Positions 11,680 through 24,249 of a stretch of 64,000 nucleotides of DNA are shown one piece after another (within the stretch, counting starts at the first letter, position 1; each line of letters opens with the position of its first letter). Source of the DNA: Euprymna scolopes (taxonomy: Eukaryota); assembly GCA_053919585.1 (NCBI GenBank), contig CM132804.1; one strand, 5' to 3'. The position numbers and the translations under genes are program-made. A model generated the notes under the pieces. It was not told the origin of the DNA. It did no database searches and saw only the letters and a program-made list of their open reading frames with translations.

Positions 11680-14600
11680 TTTTTTTTTTTTTTTTTTTTA
11701 CAAGGTTACCACCACTTATCAAGGCCCGGAAGCCACTCAGGGATAAGGGTTATTGTAAGTACAGTACGTTAGTGTGGAGATTTAATAAAGTGTCTACTTA
11801 AGGGGGCGGTTCATCAGGAACTTGTTAATATTGGACTTGAAGACATCCAAGTTGTAGTCCGGTGGGAAGCAGGCAGACGGAACAGAGATACAATGGCATG
11901 CAGTTCTAAGAAAGAAGCTTTGTTCATGGAATCTACGTTTTGATTTAAGCATAGATTAAGAGTGGGGAAAGTTTTTGACTGTGGATTCAGCTAGACGGGT
12001 GTTTTCCTTAAAAGATTGGCGAGAGGGGGGACCAGAGACTGTAGCTCAGACGAGCACCTGCCATGGAAATAATGATAAAACAAAGATAGGCTTGCAACGT
12101 CTCTTCTGTGGGAGAGAGGTTGCAGGGGAGAGAAAAGGGCATCCCCCACTAAGCCATAAAGTCTATTTTGTACTCTGTCAAGGCAGGATAGGCTGTTTTT
12201 AGTGGCTCCTGCCCAGATATGGCAGCAGTATTCCATCCTTGGACGTACTTGGCTTTTATATAGATAGAGAATTGCATCAGTAGTGAGATATCTTCTGGAG
12301 CGGTAGAAGGATCCCACCATCTTTCCAGCGACCTTGGCAACAGACTTGATGTACGTGTTCTATTTCAGATCAGGAGTGAAGGTCAAGCCCAGAAGCTTGT
12401 CAAACCATGGGGCTTCTCCTAGATGAGAGCCATCCATTTCAATTGATGCCAGATGGGGATCAGAGCGTTGATGATGTAAAGATAGGAGTTTGGTTTTAGA
12501 TGCATTAAAGGTAACCAGCCACGTCTTCCCCTACTGAACCACCCGCTTGTCATTTACAGCCTTTGATGTGTTGCCGTAGATGGTCGTCAATGAATGATTT
12601 AAGTATGTGTTTAGGGAGATCATTGATGTAGATCAGGAAGAGAGTTGGGCCCAGAATGGACCCTTGAAGGACTCCAGCATTAATACTGCAGGCCTCTGAT
12701 TTTTGTCCATCAACCACTACTCTTATGAGCCTATCAGAGAGAAATGATTTAATGATAGAGAGAACATTTCCAGTTATACCATAGCTGGAGATCTTGTGAA
12801 GTAGGCCTTTATGCCATACCTTGTTGAAGCCCTTTGATATGTCAAGAGCAATTGCCCTGGAAAGCAAACCTTTACCAAGAGATTCACTAATCCTATGAGA
12901 TATAACCGTTAGCACATCTGCGGTAGATCTTGCAGAATGGAAACCATATTGCATGTCACTAAGAAGGTTATTTCTGCTGAGGTGGTTGACTATTTCTCTA
13001 TTTAATATGGATTCCAGCAACTTACTCATGACACACAGGAGACTTATTGGTCTGTACTGAGAGGGAGATGACTTATCACCTGAGTTCTTAAATACAGGGC
13101 ATACTGATGAGGTTTTCCAGGATGTTGGAAAGCACTTCTCCTTAAGGCAACGTTTAAACAGTTTCGTAAGTATGGGAGCAAGTTCTAGTTGAAGCTTTTT
13201 TAACACTATTATTGGGATGTAGTCAGGGCCAGTTGCTTTACTGGAATCAAGGTTCTTGATTAGCTTGGTGACATCATGCACAGATATCTGTATGTTACCT
13301 AGTGTGGTCTGTGTTATAGGAGGAAATATGGGGAGTTGATGGCTTTGGTCACATAGGGTGAATTAGCTGCAAAGTTCTTGGCAAATAGTTTGGCCTTGTC
13401 TGAAGCTGGCGAGATGACCTCTGGTCCATTGATAATGGTTGGGATAGAACGCACACTTCTGTTCAGGATCCTATTTGTTATTTGCTAAAACTGGTGGGAA
13501 CCAAGCCACTGATCAGCTACTTTGGATTTAACAGACTGGGCATATAGCTCTCTTGCATTTTTTATTTTTTATTACTCTTTTACCGTGGTTGCTGGTGTTC
13601 CTGAAAGCAGCTTTAGTCTCAGTGCATCTGTTACGTTGGTAGTTATGGAAAAAGTGATTTCTGTGCGCGATGGCAGCAGCACATTCTGGGGAGAACCATG
13701 GCTGACTGGCAGGTTTTTGTTGGAATTTTTTAGATGGTATGAATCGGTCTATGCCTACAATTAACCATTCGGTCAGGTCTGATACTATAGAGGACACCTC
13801 CTTTTTAAACATGGAATGCAGAGGTAGATCAGATATAAATGTACGGAAGCTATCCCACTCAGCCATAGAGTATCGGTATACAGTACGGTGGAGGGGTACG
13901 TCTGGGGGACTTATTACATTTCATTTTTATCTTAACTGATATGGCGGAGTGGTCGGAGGATCCTAGAGGAGAAAGAACGGAACATGAACATAGCTCAGGA
14001 GAAGTTGAGAGAAAAAGGTCTAGGAGGCTTGCATATTGACCTGTAGTATCGGGCACACGGGTGGGCTCACGAACAATCTGAGTGAGGTCATAAGCAATGG
14101 AAAAATCATGACAGAACCTCACCTCATCGTCAGCCTTTCCACATTATGGACGTTGAAGTCACCACAGATGTGGATGTTAGCCGAGGGATGTGCAGACAGG
14201 ATGTGGTCTATTTTCTCAGATATGCTCTAAAAGATAGTAACTCCGCTGTTATGGGGCCGATAGAGGGCAAATATAAATGCAGTGGTGTAAGCAAGTGCAA
14301 CCCGGAAGCACATATAAAGTAAATTAGGATCTTCTCTAGAGATATCCCTGCCACATGGGAAGCCATCTTTAATGTAGGTACATATTCCATGCCCATGGCG
14401 ATCTTGGGGGTCCGATTTAGATGCTAAGTTAGAGTATCCGTTAATTATGAACTCATCTAGGGAAGTGGTCGGCCCTATTCCAGTTTCGCTAAGAAAGATT
14501 ATGTCCGGTGTCGTCTCCTGTAATTGGGTTTCAACCTTTGGAAGGTTGGAACGTAGACCCCTGATGTTGGAGAAGGAGACCTGATAGTAGGGGTCTACGT

Positions 14601-14960
14601 TGGAAGATGGGGTTCTAGGTTTATTTGAGTTTTTTTTTCTGGAGATGTTTTATGTTGAGGTTTTGGGATTTGTGGAAGAGGTCGCCATACTTGGTTAGAG
14701 CAGGATAGAGAGGGAAAGTAAGAGAGAAAAAGACGGGAATTTTTTTGTAGCATATGAAAAGGTAAAGCCGTAACAATTACCCGCTAATATGGCACCGAGA
14801 GGCCCCACCAGAGACTACTGCATGGTCCAAAATCCATTCACCAAATGGCAATACAGCAGTCCCAGTACTTTGCGCCTGCTGATAGGACAGCCTCCTTAGT
14901 GGTTAATCCAGGGTTCGGGTCCCTGACTATCAGGTGGATAACGTCAGCCCAGATGAAACG
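11680..14960 (-). mobile_element. Near full-length CR1 (Zenon-like) LINE, APE endonuclease + RT, pseudogenised
   Basis: Reverse strand: SFSNIRGLRSN...IFLSETG, GDFNVH, LDLFLS...LGSSDH (APE); KATGPD, YRPISLL, QYGF, ALDISKGFNKVWH, GVLQGSILGPTLFLIYINDL (RT); MEYCCHIWAGA; polyA. Confidence 0.95.
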
Positions 14961-16410
14961 TTTACCTCCAGCACCCTTACTAGTGACATAGCCACAAGGA
15001 TAGACATAGAGACAGAAAAATTTCCGACATCTCAGACTACTGTTCACCAAGTACTACTACAAATGTTTGTCAACGTGTTAAAGTTGTTTAGTTGTAAGAA
15101 AATAGCGACAGTATTGTTGTAATAAAGAATAGTTGCAAAATACCCCCACTCTTCCCATGTTAAATAATAATTTCGAAATAATAACATTAATATTTCAGTG
15201 CGCAGGTCAAAATCTGCAAAAGAAGCGATTTGTGTTTATTTGTTTACGTTGTTATTGATTAATGTTTATGCGCCCATGCGCAACCGGATGTCGTAAACTG
15301 GAAAGTGGGTTACATCACTTGTTACAAGGTCATTTGAGTTTTATAATTATATAGATATGTTACACTTTTATTCTGAGCAACGACGTGTAACCCTGCTAGT
15401 TTCAACTAAAGGACAAATTCACGATCGTAACTTCTGACCACATACACACAACTGTAAATACACTATAAAATCAGTATATTTTTATAAATTGTTTGTTTTG
15501 CCTTTTCTTCTTTTAACAATCCATTTCTTATAAATTATTATAGGCATATAGTTTTCACATTCGTGTGAAGATTCACGCTTATAGTTTCTCTTATGCGTGA
15601 AGCGTTTCTGTTCAGAAAGTCAATGCGATTTTTATAAATCATTATAGAAGATAGTCTTGCAATTTACATCATGACTCCCGACTGAACCAAGTTCGAAAAG
15701 GGGGCAAGCTAGATAGGCAGAAACAATTTCTAGTGAATATACATATTCCTTTAAATACGGAATTTGGCAACTGAGCTATCTGTGTGACCATAGCCGAAGA
15801 TATATCATATGACCTGTACATAAGATTGCAATAAAGCAAAGAATGATTCTCACACATTTTTATTGTCATGAAGGGAGGTGGTGGCGGTGGTTCAGTGATT
15901 AACAAATTATTGAGAAGATTATATTCCCTTAAATTAAAAGAGGGCGACTTTGTTGAAAAACATATCAAGAGATATTTGATGAGTTAGCAGTCACCGGCAA
16001 TTCGATTGTTGCGAAGGAATGTTGTACATCTCCTGGCTACTCTCTCAGATTCTTATAACGTTGGTGCCAGCACTAAAAGTAAATCAGGATGCTCTCCAGT
16101 GGATGTTAGTGATTGAACCATTTCTATACAACGAAACCAAAGTTAAAGAAAGAGAAATTAATGGTGCCAAAATCAAAGCCATGATGTCAAAACATAACAT
16201 CCAAAAAAGAAAAAAAAATTTCACTATTATGTAACCAAGGACATCAACTTTTGTGAGTCGTGCTTGGATGGAAAACACCATTGATTCTCGTTTCCAAAAT
16301 TTTGCGAAAGGTTGGCCATCCAACTTCTCGGAATTGTGTATAGTGGTGTTTGTGAAAGGGTAGAAGCAAAATCACTTGGAGGAGCTGAATATTTTGTCAC
16401 ATTTATTGAT

Positions 16411-17075
16411 AACTAGCAGGGAGACCCGACGTTGCCTGGGACTGAATAATGATCAACGAATATTTCACACTCCTATACTTTTATTGTCATCAAAATCCGT
16501 GACATTGCCTGAGAGGAACCTTCACATGTCTCCATGCAGTAACTTAGTCCAAAATATATATTATTCTACATTGCACTCTGGAGAACCTCCTGTTTCTTTT
16601 ATAAAATTATTTTATCTTATCAGTTAACAAAAAATTATTAAGAAATTTACGTGTGAGGTTTGAACCTACAGACCATGTCATGCAAAAAACAAAAACAAAA
16701 AAAAAACATGTAAATAACACAAGTCTTATAAAATTCTTTGCAGTTAATGAAAAGTAACTAAGAAATTTAAGTGCAGAGTTTGAACTTACAAATCACAGCA
16801 TGCAAAAAAAACAAAAAACAAAAAACAAAAAAACATGCTATCAACTTACCCACAGTAGAATTTTTATGGCTCGTTGTTCTATCATCGTTGCTAAGCGACG
16901 ATATGGAAAAAATGGTTTTACCGGTGATAGATAAATTAAATTAATGGTTCTGATTATCAGTAATTATCAGGGTATTCTGAAACAACACTTAACCAAGATT
17001 ATTCCCAGACTTATGCACTAAAGTTCTGTAAATTTTAAAGAAAATCTGTTCAGCCGTTTTGGAGTCTATAAGGAA

Positions 17076-17120
<45 letters not shown>

Positions 17121-17174
17121 TCACACACACACACACACACACACATAAAGTTGCATTTATATAATTGTAGAGAT
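16411..17174 (+). mobile_element. Helentron-associated non-autonomous element nested in the Copia integrase
   Basis: ACTAGCAGGGAGACCCGACGTTGCCTGGG 5' end and (TC)n(AC)n...TTTATATAATTGTAGAGAT 3' end. Copia frame stops at FIDN and resumes at KSRFVW. Confidence 0.65.
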
Positions 17175-17828
17175 AAATCGAGATTTGTGTGGATATATGT
17201 GCTCAAACACAAGATATATGCTTTTAAGAAATTCATGAAATGGAAAATCATCTATTCGACATAATGTTAAGACTCTATGCCCTGATAATGGTGGGAAGTG
17301 CAGTTCAAGAGAATTTGAAGATTATTTAAGGAAAGAGAGTATACGACATGAATATACTTTTCCTAAAAATGGATCAGATATTAGTGGAAACTGTGAGCAA
17401 TATTGTCAAATTAAAAGCCATCTAAGAAATTGTGGACGGCTTTATCTGTCATTTCATGTATCCAAAACTGGAGCTCAACAAATGCAATACAAGGTATCTC
17501 TGGCGCTCTCTCTACTCTCAAGGAGTGGACTGTATTGAGAAGCAGCAAATACAGGACCATGCAGCAAAGCGTGTAAAGAGGCATGCTCGTTAGATGATCC
17601 CTGCTCCATCTGTCACCTTCTTCACATGCCGATCTGTAACAGTACCTGTGGGTCCAAGATTGGACTATTTTAAACATCTGCAGACTTATAAGAAGATCCT
17701 CATCATTGGATAATGATGGACAACCAAGAAGACAAGGTATGATACCATATGAAATATGGAAGAGCTAAAAACCAAATGATAACCATTTACACATTTGTCA
17801 ATATGCTTTTGCCGACATAGAAAAAGAG

Positions 17829-18424
17829 GAAAAATTGAAAATGGATGATAAAGCAAACAAACCATACCAAAAGATGAAAAATTGAAAACGGACGATAAAG
17901 CAAACAAACCATACCAAAAGATGAAAAATTGAAAATGGATGATAAAGCAAACAAACCATACCAAAAGATGAAAAATTGAAAACGGATGATAAAGCAAACA
18001 AACCATACCAAAGGATGAAAAATTGAAAACGGACGATAAAGCAAACAAACCATACCAAAGGATGAAAAATTGAAAACGGACGATAAAGCAAACAAACCAT
18101 ACCAAAGGATGAAAAATTGAAAACGGACGATAAAGCAAACAAACCATACCAAAAGATGAAAAATTGAAAATGGATGATAAAGCAAACAAACCATACCAAA
18201 GGATGAAAAATTGAAAATGGATGATAAAGCAAACAAACCATACCAAAGGATGAAAAATTGAAAACGGACAATAAAGCAAACAAACCATACCAAAGGATGA
18301 AAAATTGAAAACGGACGATAAAGCAAACAAACCATACCAAAAGATGAAAAATTGAAAACGGACGATAAAGCAAACAAACCATACCAAAAGATGAAAAATT
18401 GAAAACGGACGATAAAGCAAACAA
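17829..18424 (+). repeat. 47-bp minisatellite, ~12.7 copies
   Basis: Unit GAAAAATTGAAAACGGACGATAAAGCAAACAAACCATACCAAAAGAT with only a few C/T and A/G variants; no spacers. Confidence 0.97.
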
Positions 18425-18439
18425 AAGTGTATTTTATAA

Positions 18440-18650
18440 TTTACGGACGCACCCTCGAACGGTCTGATTTCTTACAATACAGAGCTAACTCCTTTTCCTT
18501 AGTTGAAAAAAATCATGGATTTTACACCCGATGTAGGTCGTAGGTTTCAACGACCGAAACATTGTGCCCATAACACCCAAGGTGAGAATAATTGTCCGAA
18601 CAATCAAAACAATACAAACATTCATAGCTCATCTACAAAATTCAGAATTG
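18440..18650 (+). mobile_element. Penelope-like pLTR remnant with degenerate hammerhead
   Basis: CAC-CCGATGT-A-GGTCGT-loop-ACGACC-GAAAC-ATT-GTG followed by CAAGGTGAGAATAATTGTCCGAA, the same tail seen at 27900, 46570 and 55880. Confidence 0.6.
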
Positions 18651-19179
18651 CAAAAGTATATTCCTCGGGTCTTGGAGTTGAAGAGTATTAATGCTATGAT
18701 ACAATAAAATCGAGAGTATTCCATAGTACAGATGTCATCCTCGACGAATCTGATTTGGGAGAAAGGAAGTTCTAAACCAATCTCTAGAAGGTTGGATAAC
18801 TTACAGGATGTGACAGGACTTCAAAGATCTCCAAGAATAAAGAACACTCCAGATCAATATGGTAAATGGGTCTACACGGCTCATAATTTAAATGACCCAT
18901 TGACAATGAAAGAAGCACTATCCAATCCTGAGACAAATGAATGAAAGGAATGGAAAATGAAATTTCTTTCTTATATACTAAAAAAGTATTGGGTCTTACA
19001 GAATTGTCCAGTGGATGAAAAATTATTGGTAGCAAGTGGGTGTTTAAATAAAAGTATTATGCTGACGGAGACATGGAATACTACAAAATTTGACTGGTAG
19101 TTCAAGGTTTTATTTAGAAATATAGAATTGGCTGTAACAAGATCTTCTGCCCAGTTGTCAAATTTGAATCAGTGTGGAC

Positions 19180-20262
19180 TAGTGGTGGGACGATTCCAAT
19201 ATTTTCCCTGATTCTGATACAATTACAGATTTCGTAATAAATTCCTGATTCCAATACAATTACTGATTCTGATCCTTTATAAATCTCAAAATATTTCACC
19301 TTAAATTTGTTATTTTTTTCCAATTACTATAAAAATACATGGTAAATGCACATATATTTTCTCAAATGTAAAAACACACGAGGGGGTGTGAGCTATAGAT
19401 TTTTGTTTTACTGGTAAATTAAATCAATAAATATTTATTATTTTATTATTATGACCAGCAGTGAAAAATTTTGTTTTAAACAAAATCAACTAAAAAAAGG
19501 TAATTAAAGAATCGTTTTTGGCATCAGAAAATAGCCATAAATTTGTCCGATTCTGATACCCTAAAAGCTCCAATTTTCTAAATTCTACCACTCCAGAAGA
19601 TATCTCACTGCTGATGCAATGCTCTATCTATATAAAAGCTACATACGTCCAAGGATGGAGTACTGCTGCCACATCTGGGCAGGAGCTGCTAAAAAACAGC
19701 CTATCCTGCCTTGACAGAGTACAAAAAAGACTTCGTGGCTTGGTGGGGGATGCCCTTTTCTCTTCCCTGCAACCTCTCTCCCACAGAAGAGACGTTGCGA
19801 GTCTGTCTTTGTTTTATCATTACTTCCATGGCAAGTGCTTGGCTGAGCTCCAATCTCTGGTCCCCCCCCCTTGCTAATCTTTCATGATAAACACCCGTCT
19901 AGCTGAAACCACTGTCAATAATTTTCCCCACTCTTTATCTGTGCCTAAATCAAAACGTAGATTCCATGAACAAAACTTTTTTCATAGAAGTGCACGCCTG
20001 TGGAACTCTCTTCCGTTTGCCTGTTTCCCTCCTGACTACAACTTGGATGTCTTCAAGTCCAACATAAACAAGTTCCTGATGAACTGCCCCCTTAAGACAT
20101 TTTATCAAATCTCCAATACTAACGATTACTACGATACTATCCCATTGATTACTGTACACGCAATAACCCTTATCCCCGAGTGGCTTCCGGGCCTTGATAA
20201 GTGGTGACCACCATGTAAAAAGAAAAAAAAATTCTCGATTCTGATTAATTATCTTAATACTA
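19180..20262. mobile_element. hAT-like non-autonomous element containing a CR1 copy
   Basis: Ends TAGTGGTGGGA...TCTTAATACTA; flanks GTGTGGAC/ATGTGAAC (6/8 TSD); subterminal GATTCTGAT repeats. Copia RT frame rejoins across it. Confidence 0.6.
19582..20230 (+). mobile_element. CR1 subfamily A, 5'-truncated
   Basis: SLSCLDRVQKRLRGLVGD..., RLWNSLPFACFP, 3' stem-loop and polyA. Confidence 0.92.
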
Positions 20263-20340
20263 ATGTGAACTGCTATTATGTTAGCAGCAAGGCTTGATCC
20301 ATCAGTTAAACATGATCACTACATTCTTAAATGAAGGAAG

Positions 20341-20971
20341 GGTGCACTTGGACAATCGGCACCCTCCATTTTTTTCTTTTCATTTTTTTTTTTTTTTAAC
20401 TATTTCTGTATATTATCATTTCAGAATTATTTACATGAATTCACGTGTAATTACTTTTAAAAAAATGTACTTTTGCATTTAATGACCCACACTAAAATAA
20501 TGTTATCATTTAGAAATCTATTATAACATGGGGAGGGGAGTGTGTTTTGTAACTATTTTGTACTTTCACCTAACAATTTAATAAAAAAAAGATATCATAA
20601 AACTTGAATTTAACTTGAAAATACTATTTAAAAAATAGCACGAGCTGTTAAAAAAAAAAGTGGTAAATAAATAATTTGAAAAAATAATGATGGGGGTGCA
20701 CAGACTAATGAGAAAAGTCGCAAAAAAAAAAAAAATAAAAAATAAATAAATAATAATAATAATGACAATGGCGGGAGGGGGGGCTGAACGAGCCAATATC
20801 AAAACGAGGCTGTAAATCAGTTCTAAAAATGGGGGATCAATTTACTAGAATGTTGTATGTGAAACTGAACCCTCTCCAAATCTTTAAATATTTTTTTTGT
20901 TTTTTTGTTTTTTAAATTTCAAAGGAAAAAAAAATTGTAAGGGGGTTGGGTGCCGATTGTTCAGATGCACC
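20341..20971. mobile_element. Merlin-like MITE (GG-terminal TIRs, ~8-bp TSD)
   Basis: TIRs GGTGCACTTGGACAATCGGCACCC / GGGTGCCGATTGTTCAGATGCACC; flanks GAAGGAAG/AAAGAAAG. Confidence 0.65.
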
Positions 20972-21180
20972 AAAGAAAGCAATTTACATGAAGCCATCAG
21001 AAGGATTTGAAATTAAGGGCAAAGAACACATTTCTGTAAACTGAAACGAAGCATCTACCGTTGAAAACAATTGCCAAAGATATTGGAATGAAGCAGTGAA
21101 TTTTCAGCTGAAAAAAGATGCAGTTAAGGAATCATCTTTCCATCTAGATACTACCCTTAGGAGAGTAAATCGTTTTGCTA

Positions 21181-21232
<52 letters not shown>

Positions 21233-22867
21233 GTTGTTATGTTTGGCTGTTTATGTTGATGGCATTATTCTTGCAAACAAGTCTATAACACATATTCAAC
21301 AATTTGTTAAAACAATATCAAAAAAATTAAACATTAAGGACATCGTCATCATCATCACCTTTGCTCTCACCTATTTGGCATGGGGTTGGCACTCTAGCAG
21401 TCAGCTAAAGGAGAAGAGAGGGCTGAAGGTTGGCTGGGTGTTTGGGGATGGAATTCCTTCATACCCATTTTAAAATTAATACCAGAAGACTGATCTTAGT
21501 GAGAGGACGTGTTCTTGGGCTCCATTGATCAGTCTACTTTGTTCATCAATGTACTCCTCTTAAGAAGGAAGCAAGAAGGCTCTAAAAGGGGAGAATAACG
21601 AAAAAGATTTTAGGACAAGAAAACTTTAATGCATTTTGAGATAACCTGAACCAGTTAACTAGTAGATACAGACGTTAAAAATTTCGACCGGCCAGCCTTA
21701 AGAAACTGCCATTGGCGGTTAATTGGAAGCTTTCCTATTGAACAAAAGAAGTCCCTTTTCAAGAGAAAAGAAAAGTCAAAACAAGAAAGTCAAACCTGAA
21801 GAGATTTTAAAAGAGAATTACCTTTACAAGAAAAGAAAAAGAACATTTAACCCTTTTTTTTATATAAGCAAAAGAATTTAGCCAGAAGTGACTTATTTAA
21901 AAGAAGAAAATATCGAAGGAAAAAAATTGAAAGGAAAAATTTTTGAAGACGGGTTTATGAAAGACAGTTTTATATTGAAATTTTATATTGTATGTTTTTT
22001 TTTGTTTTCAACCTTTTTGTCAAATGAGATTAATATTGTTTGTTTCATTGTTTTAAGATAAAGAGCGAAATTACTTTCCTTTTTCCATTTTGTTTGTATC
22101 GCTTAAGGTGATAATTCTTTCAAAGAATTGTCTTTTATATAGAATCCCTTTTTTTCTGTATTTTATGTGTTCCTGTTTTTATAAATCGTTACTTAGGTTA
22201 ATTTTGTTAACCGTGCTTTGGGAAACAAAAGCAACGCCTTTTATTTCTTTGAAATAAAATTAGACTTAATTTCTTTCTGGGTTTAGTTTGTTATTTGCTC
22301 TTATTTTATTGTTCTTTGTTATTGTTTTTTTTTCTGTTCCATTTATTGTTACCTAAAGACAGATTTTAGTAACGATCTCCAAATCTCATTACATTCACAG
22401 CAAGAACACGTCTATATACCACCACTGCAAGTGACTTTCATTTCTTCCTCTGTGTACCTAAAACCAAACAAAATTTCCATGAACCGAAAGAATTATCCAT
22501 TTGTTGAACACATTGCTATGGAAGTGCTTCTTTATAGACTACAACATAGTAGTCTTCAAATACTTATCATGCCATCTTCATAAGTAATCAAATTTTGTCC
22601 ATCCCATTTACCATTTTCTCATTGTATTGTTCATCATTCAACTGACAATCTCATTAGCCTCTATCCTCAAATAGATTTTAGTCTTAGTAGTGGTGACTCA
22701 TTAGCATAAAAATAAGCCAAAAAGAGAAATGTCAAACGATGCATGATTAGCAAATAATAATTTTAAAATTATTTAATAAAAAAAAACAGCAATAATAGTT
22801 TACGGTTAAAAACAAATAAGTGCAAGTCCAGAATTGAACCTATTTAAAAAAAACAAAAAAAAAACAG

Positions 22868-23215
22868 AAAGTCTTTGTGATATTCGTACTCGTCACGGAA
22901 CGACAATGTCATATTCCAAATATCACGTAAATTGATCTAGTATTTTTTTTTTTTTTAAATTAAGAAAATCAAATTTTATGGAAAAGTGTCACTCTGTCAT
23001 ATTTAAAATTCATCACTAGTTACCCCCCCTTAACAAGCTTTTCAGAAATAAAGATTCAAATAAGCCTTGTAATGGCTACAATTTGCTATTAATCGCTAAA
23101 AGTCCTAAAATATTTTCTTTTTATATATGTACATATAATTAAAAAAAACAAAAAGAAACTACTTTTGAAATATAACATTTCCGTCCCGTGACGAGTACGT
23201 ACATCATAAAGATTG

Positions 23216-23216
<1 letters not shown>
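22868..23216. repeat. Inverted repeat (~55-bp arms) next to (TA)n
   Basis: TCTTTGTGATATTCGTACTCGTCACGGAACG... mirrored by ...CGTCCCGTGACGAGTACGTACATCATAAAGA. Confidence 0.75.
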
Positions 23217-23272
<56 letters not shown>

Positions 23273-23438
23273 GACTTTTTCATTTAATCACATAAATTAA
23301 TATGCGAAGATATAATTTTATGCGTAAATTTTCAGTATTTACTTCAACAGTGCTTAGAGCTAGTTACTGACGAATTCTCACGAGAATGAAGCGCGGAATA
23401 TTCTGTGTAGCTTAATTGCCATATATATTTTCATAACT

Positions 23439-23489
<51 letters not shown>

Positions 23490-23730
23490 CCACTTATTGT
23501 TTCCTTTCAGATTAAATGTTTTTAACTCTTTTTCAAAGTGTTTTTTAACATGTCTTATTAACTATTTGCTCTTTATATATATGACTCCAGGTTGAATGTA
23601 TGAATGTAATTGAATTTTAAAGTTATAAAAGAGTTTTAAAATGGCTAAACCACTATAAGTTAAATTAAAAGATATTAAAAAAAAAATTTCAATAATGTGC
23701 AACAACTCATGACAGACTTATCTCCCCTTC

Positions 23731-23743
23731 GTTGCCTGGTAAG
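23731..23743 (+). promoter_or_regulatory. RFX X-box-like element upstream of the C12orf56 homologue
   Basis: GTTGCCTGGTAAG, one mismatch from GTTGCYNGGYAAC, ~130 bp 5' of the ATG in sequence I do not recognise as repetitive. Confidence 0.5.
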
Positions 23744-23870
23744 ATGTTTACGTTACGAAGGAAGCCAGCTTCTTTTTGGGATTTAATGTTTTAGATTTGT
23801 TTTGTCTATCGCCGTGCCTTTACACCAGTGGGAAGTACCCAAGGAATGCGATTAGTACCGCGGCGAGGCC

Positions 23871-24086
23871 ATGCGGGTATGTCCTCGCAACAACAAATTG
23901 GAGTGTTTCCTGAAACGATCCCTATCAGAGGAAAGATATGAGAGACTTCAGGCTTATGATTCCTGCATTGTGGACAGAAAATTGCGTTATTTGGTGTTGG
24001 GAGACCAATGTATATATTTGACAGAAAATCCTCCCCGAACTTTGAAGAAAGCTGTACTTTATCGAAATCTTAAAGCAGCTCGACAG
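23871..24086 (+). CDS. C12orf56: C12orf56/DUF4551 homologue, coding exon 1
   Basis: RNNKLECFLKRSLSEERYERLQAYDSCIV...YLVLGDQCIYLTENPPRTLK matches my recall of the human N-terminus (RRNSRLDVFLRR...AYEPCIV...YVVLSDRLVYLTENPPKSIR). In-frame upstream TAG at 23853; donor CAG|GTTTGT, phase 0. Confidence 0.88.
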
Positions 24087-24249
24087 GTTTGTATCGTTAA
24101 ATATGGTACTTCTACAGAATTTGAACCGATCTGTTTTTAATAGAAACTTTTTTTTATTAAACCTTAACCTAACTTTAAACTAAGTTGGTATACTTCTACA
24201 GAATTTGAACCAAACTGTTTTAGATTTTTTTTTTTTTTTTAATTTTTTT

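Larger units (their letters stand above)
15895..21342 (+). mobile_element. Fragmented Ty1/Copia retrotransposon (gag-IN-RT) interrupted by several nested insertions
   Basis: Hand translation: RRLYSLKLKEGDFVEKHIK (gag), KSLGGAEYFVTFID and VKTLCPDNGG...FEDYLRKESIRHE (integrase), RVFHSTDVILDES, IIGSKWVFK, PVVKFESV, HQLNMITTFLN, EAIYMKPSEGF, LAVYVDGIIL (RT). Integrase precedes RT. Confidence 0.88.

Noticed and set aside
17829-18424. Regular repeat array resembling CRISPR; three long hydrophobic minus-strand ORFs (17686-18424)
   Set aside because: Head-to-tail 47-bp units with no unique spacers and no cas genes, in a eukaryotic context. The ORFs arise because the unit lacks stops on that strand.
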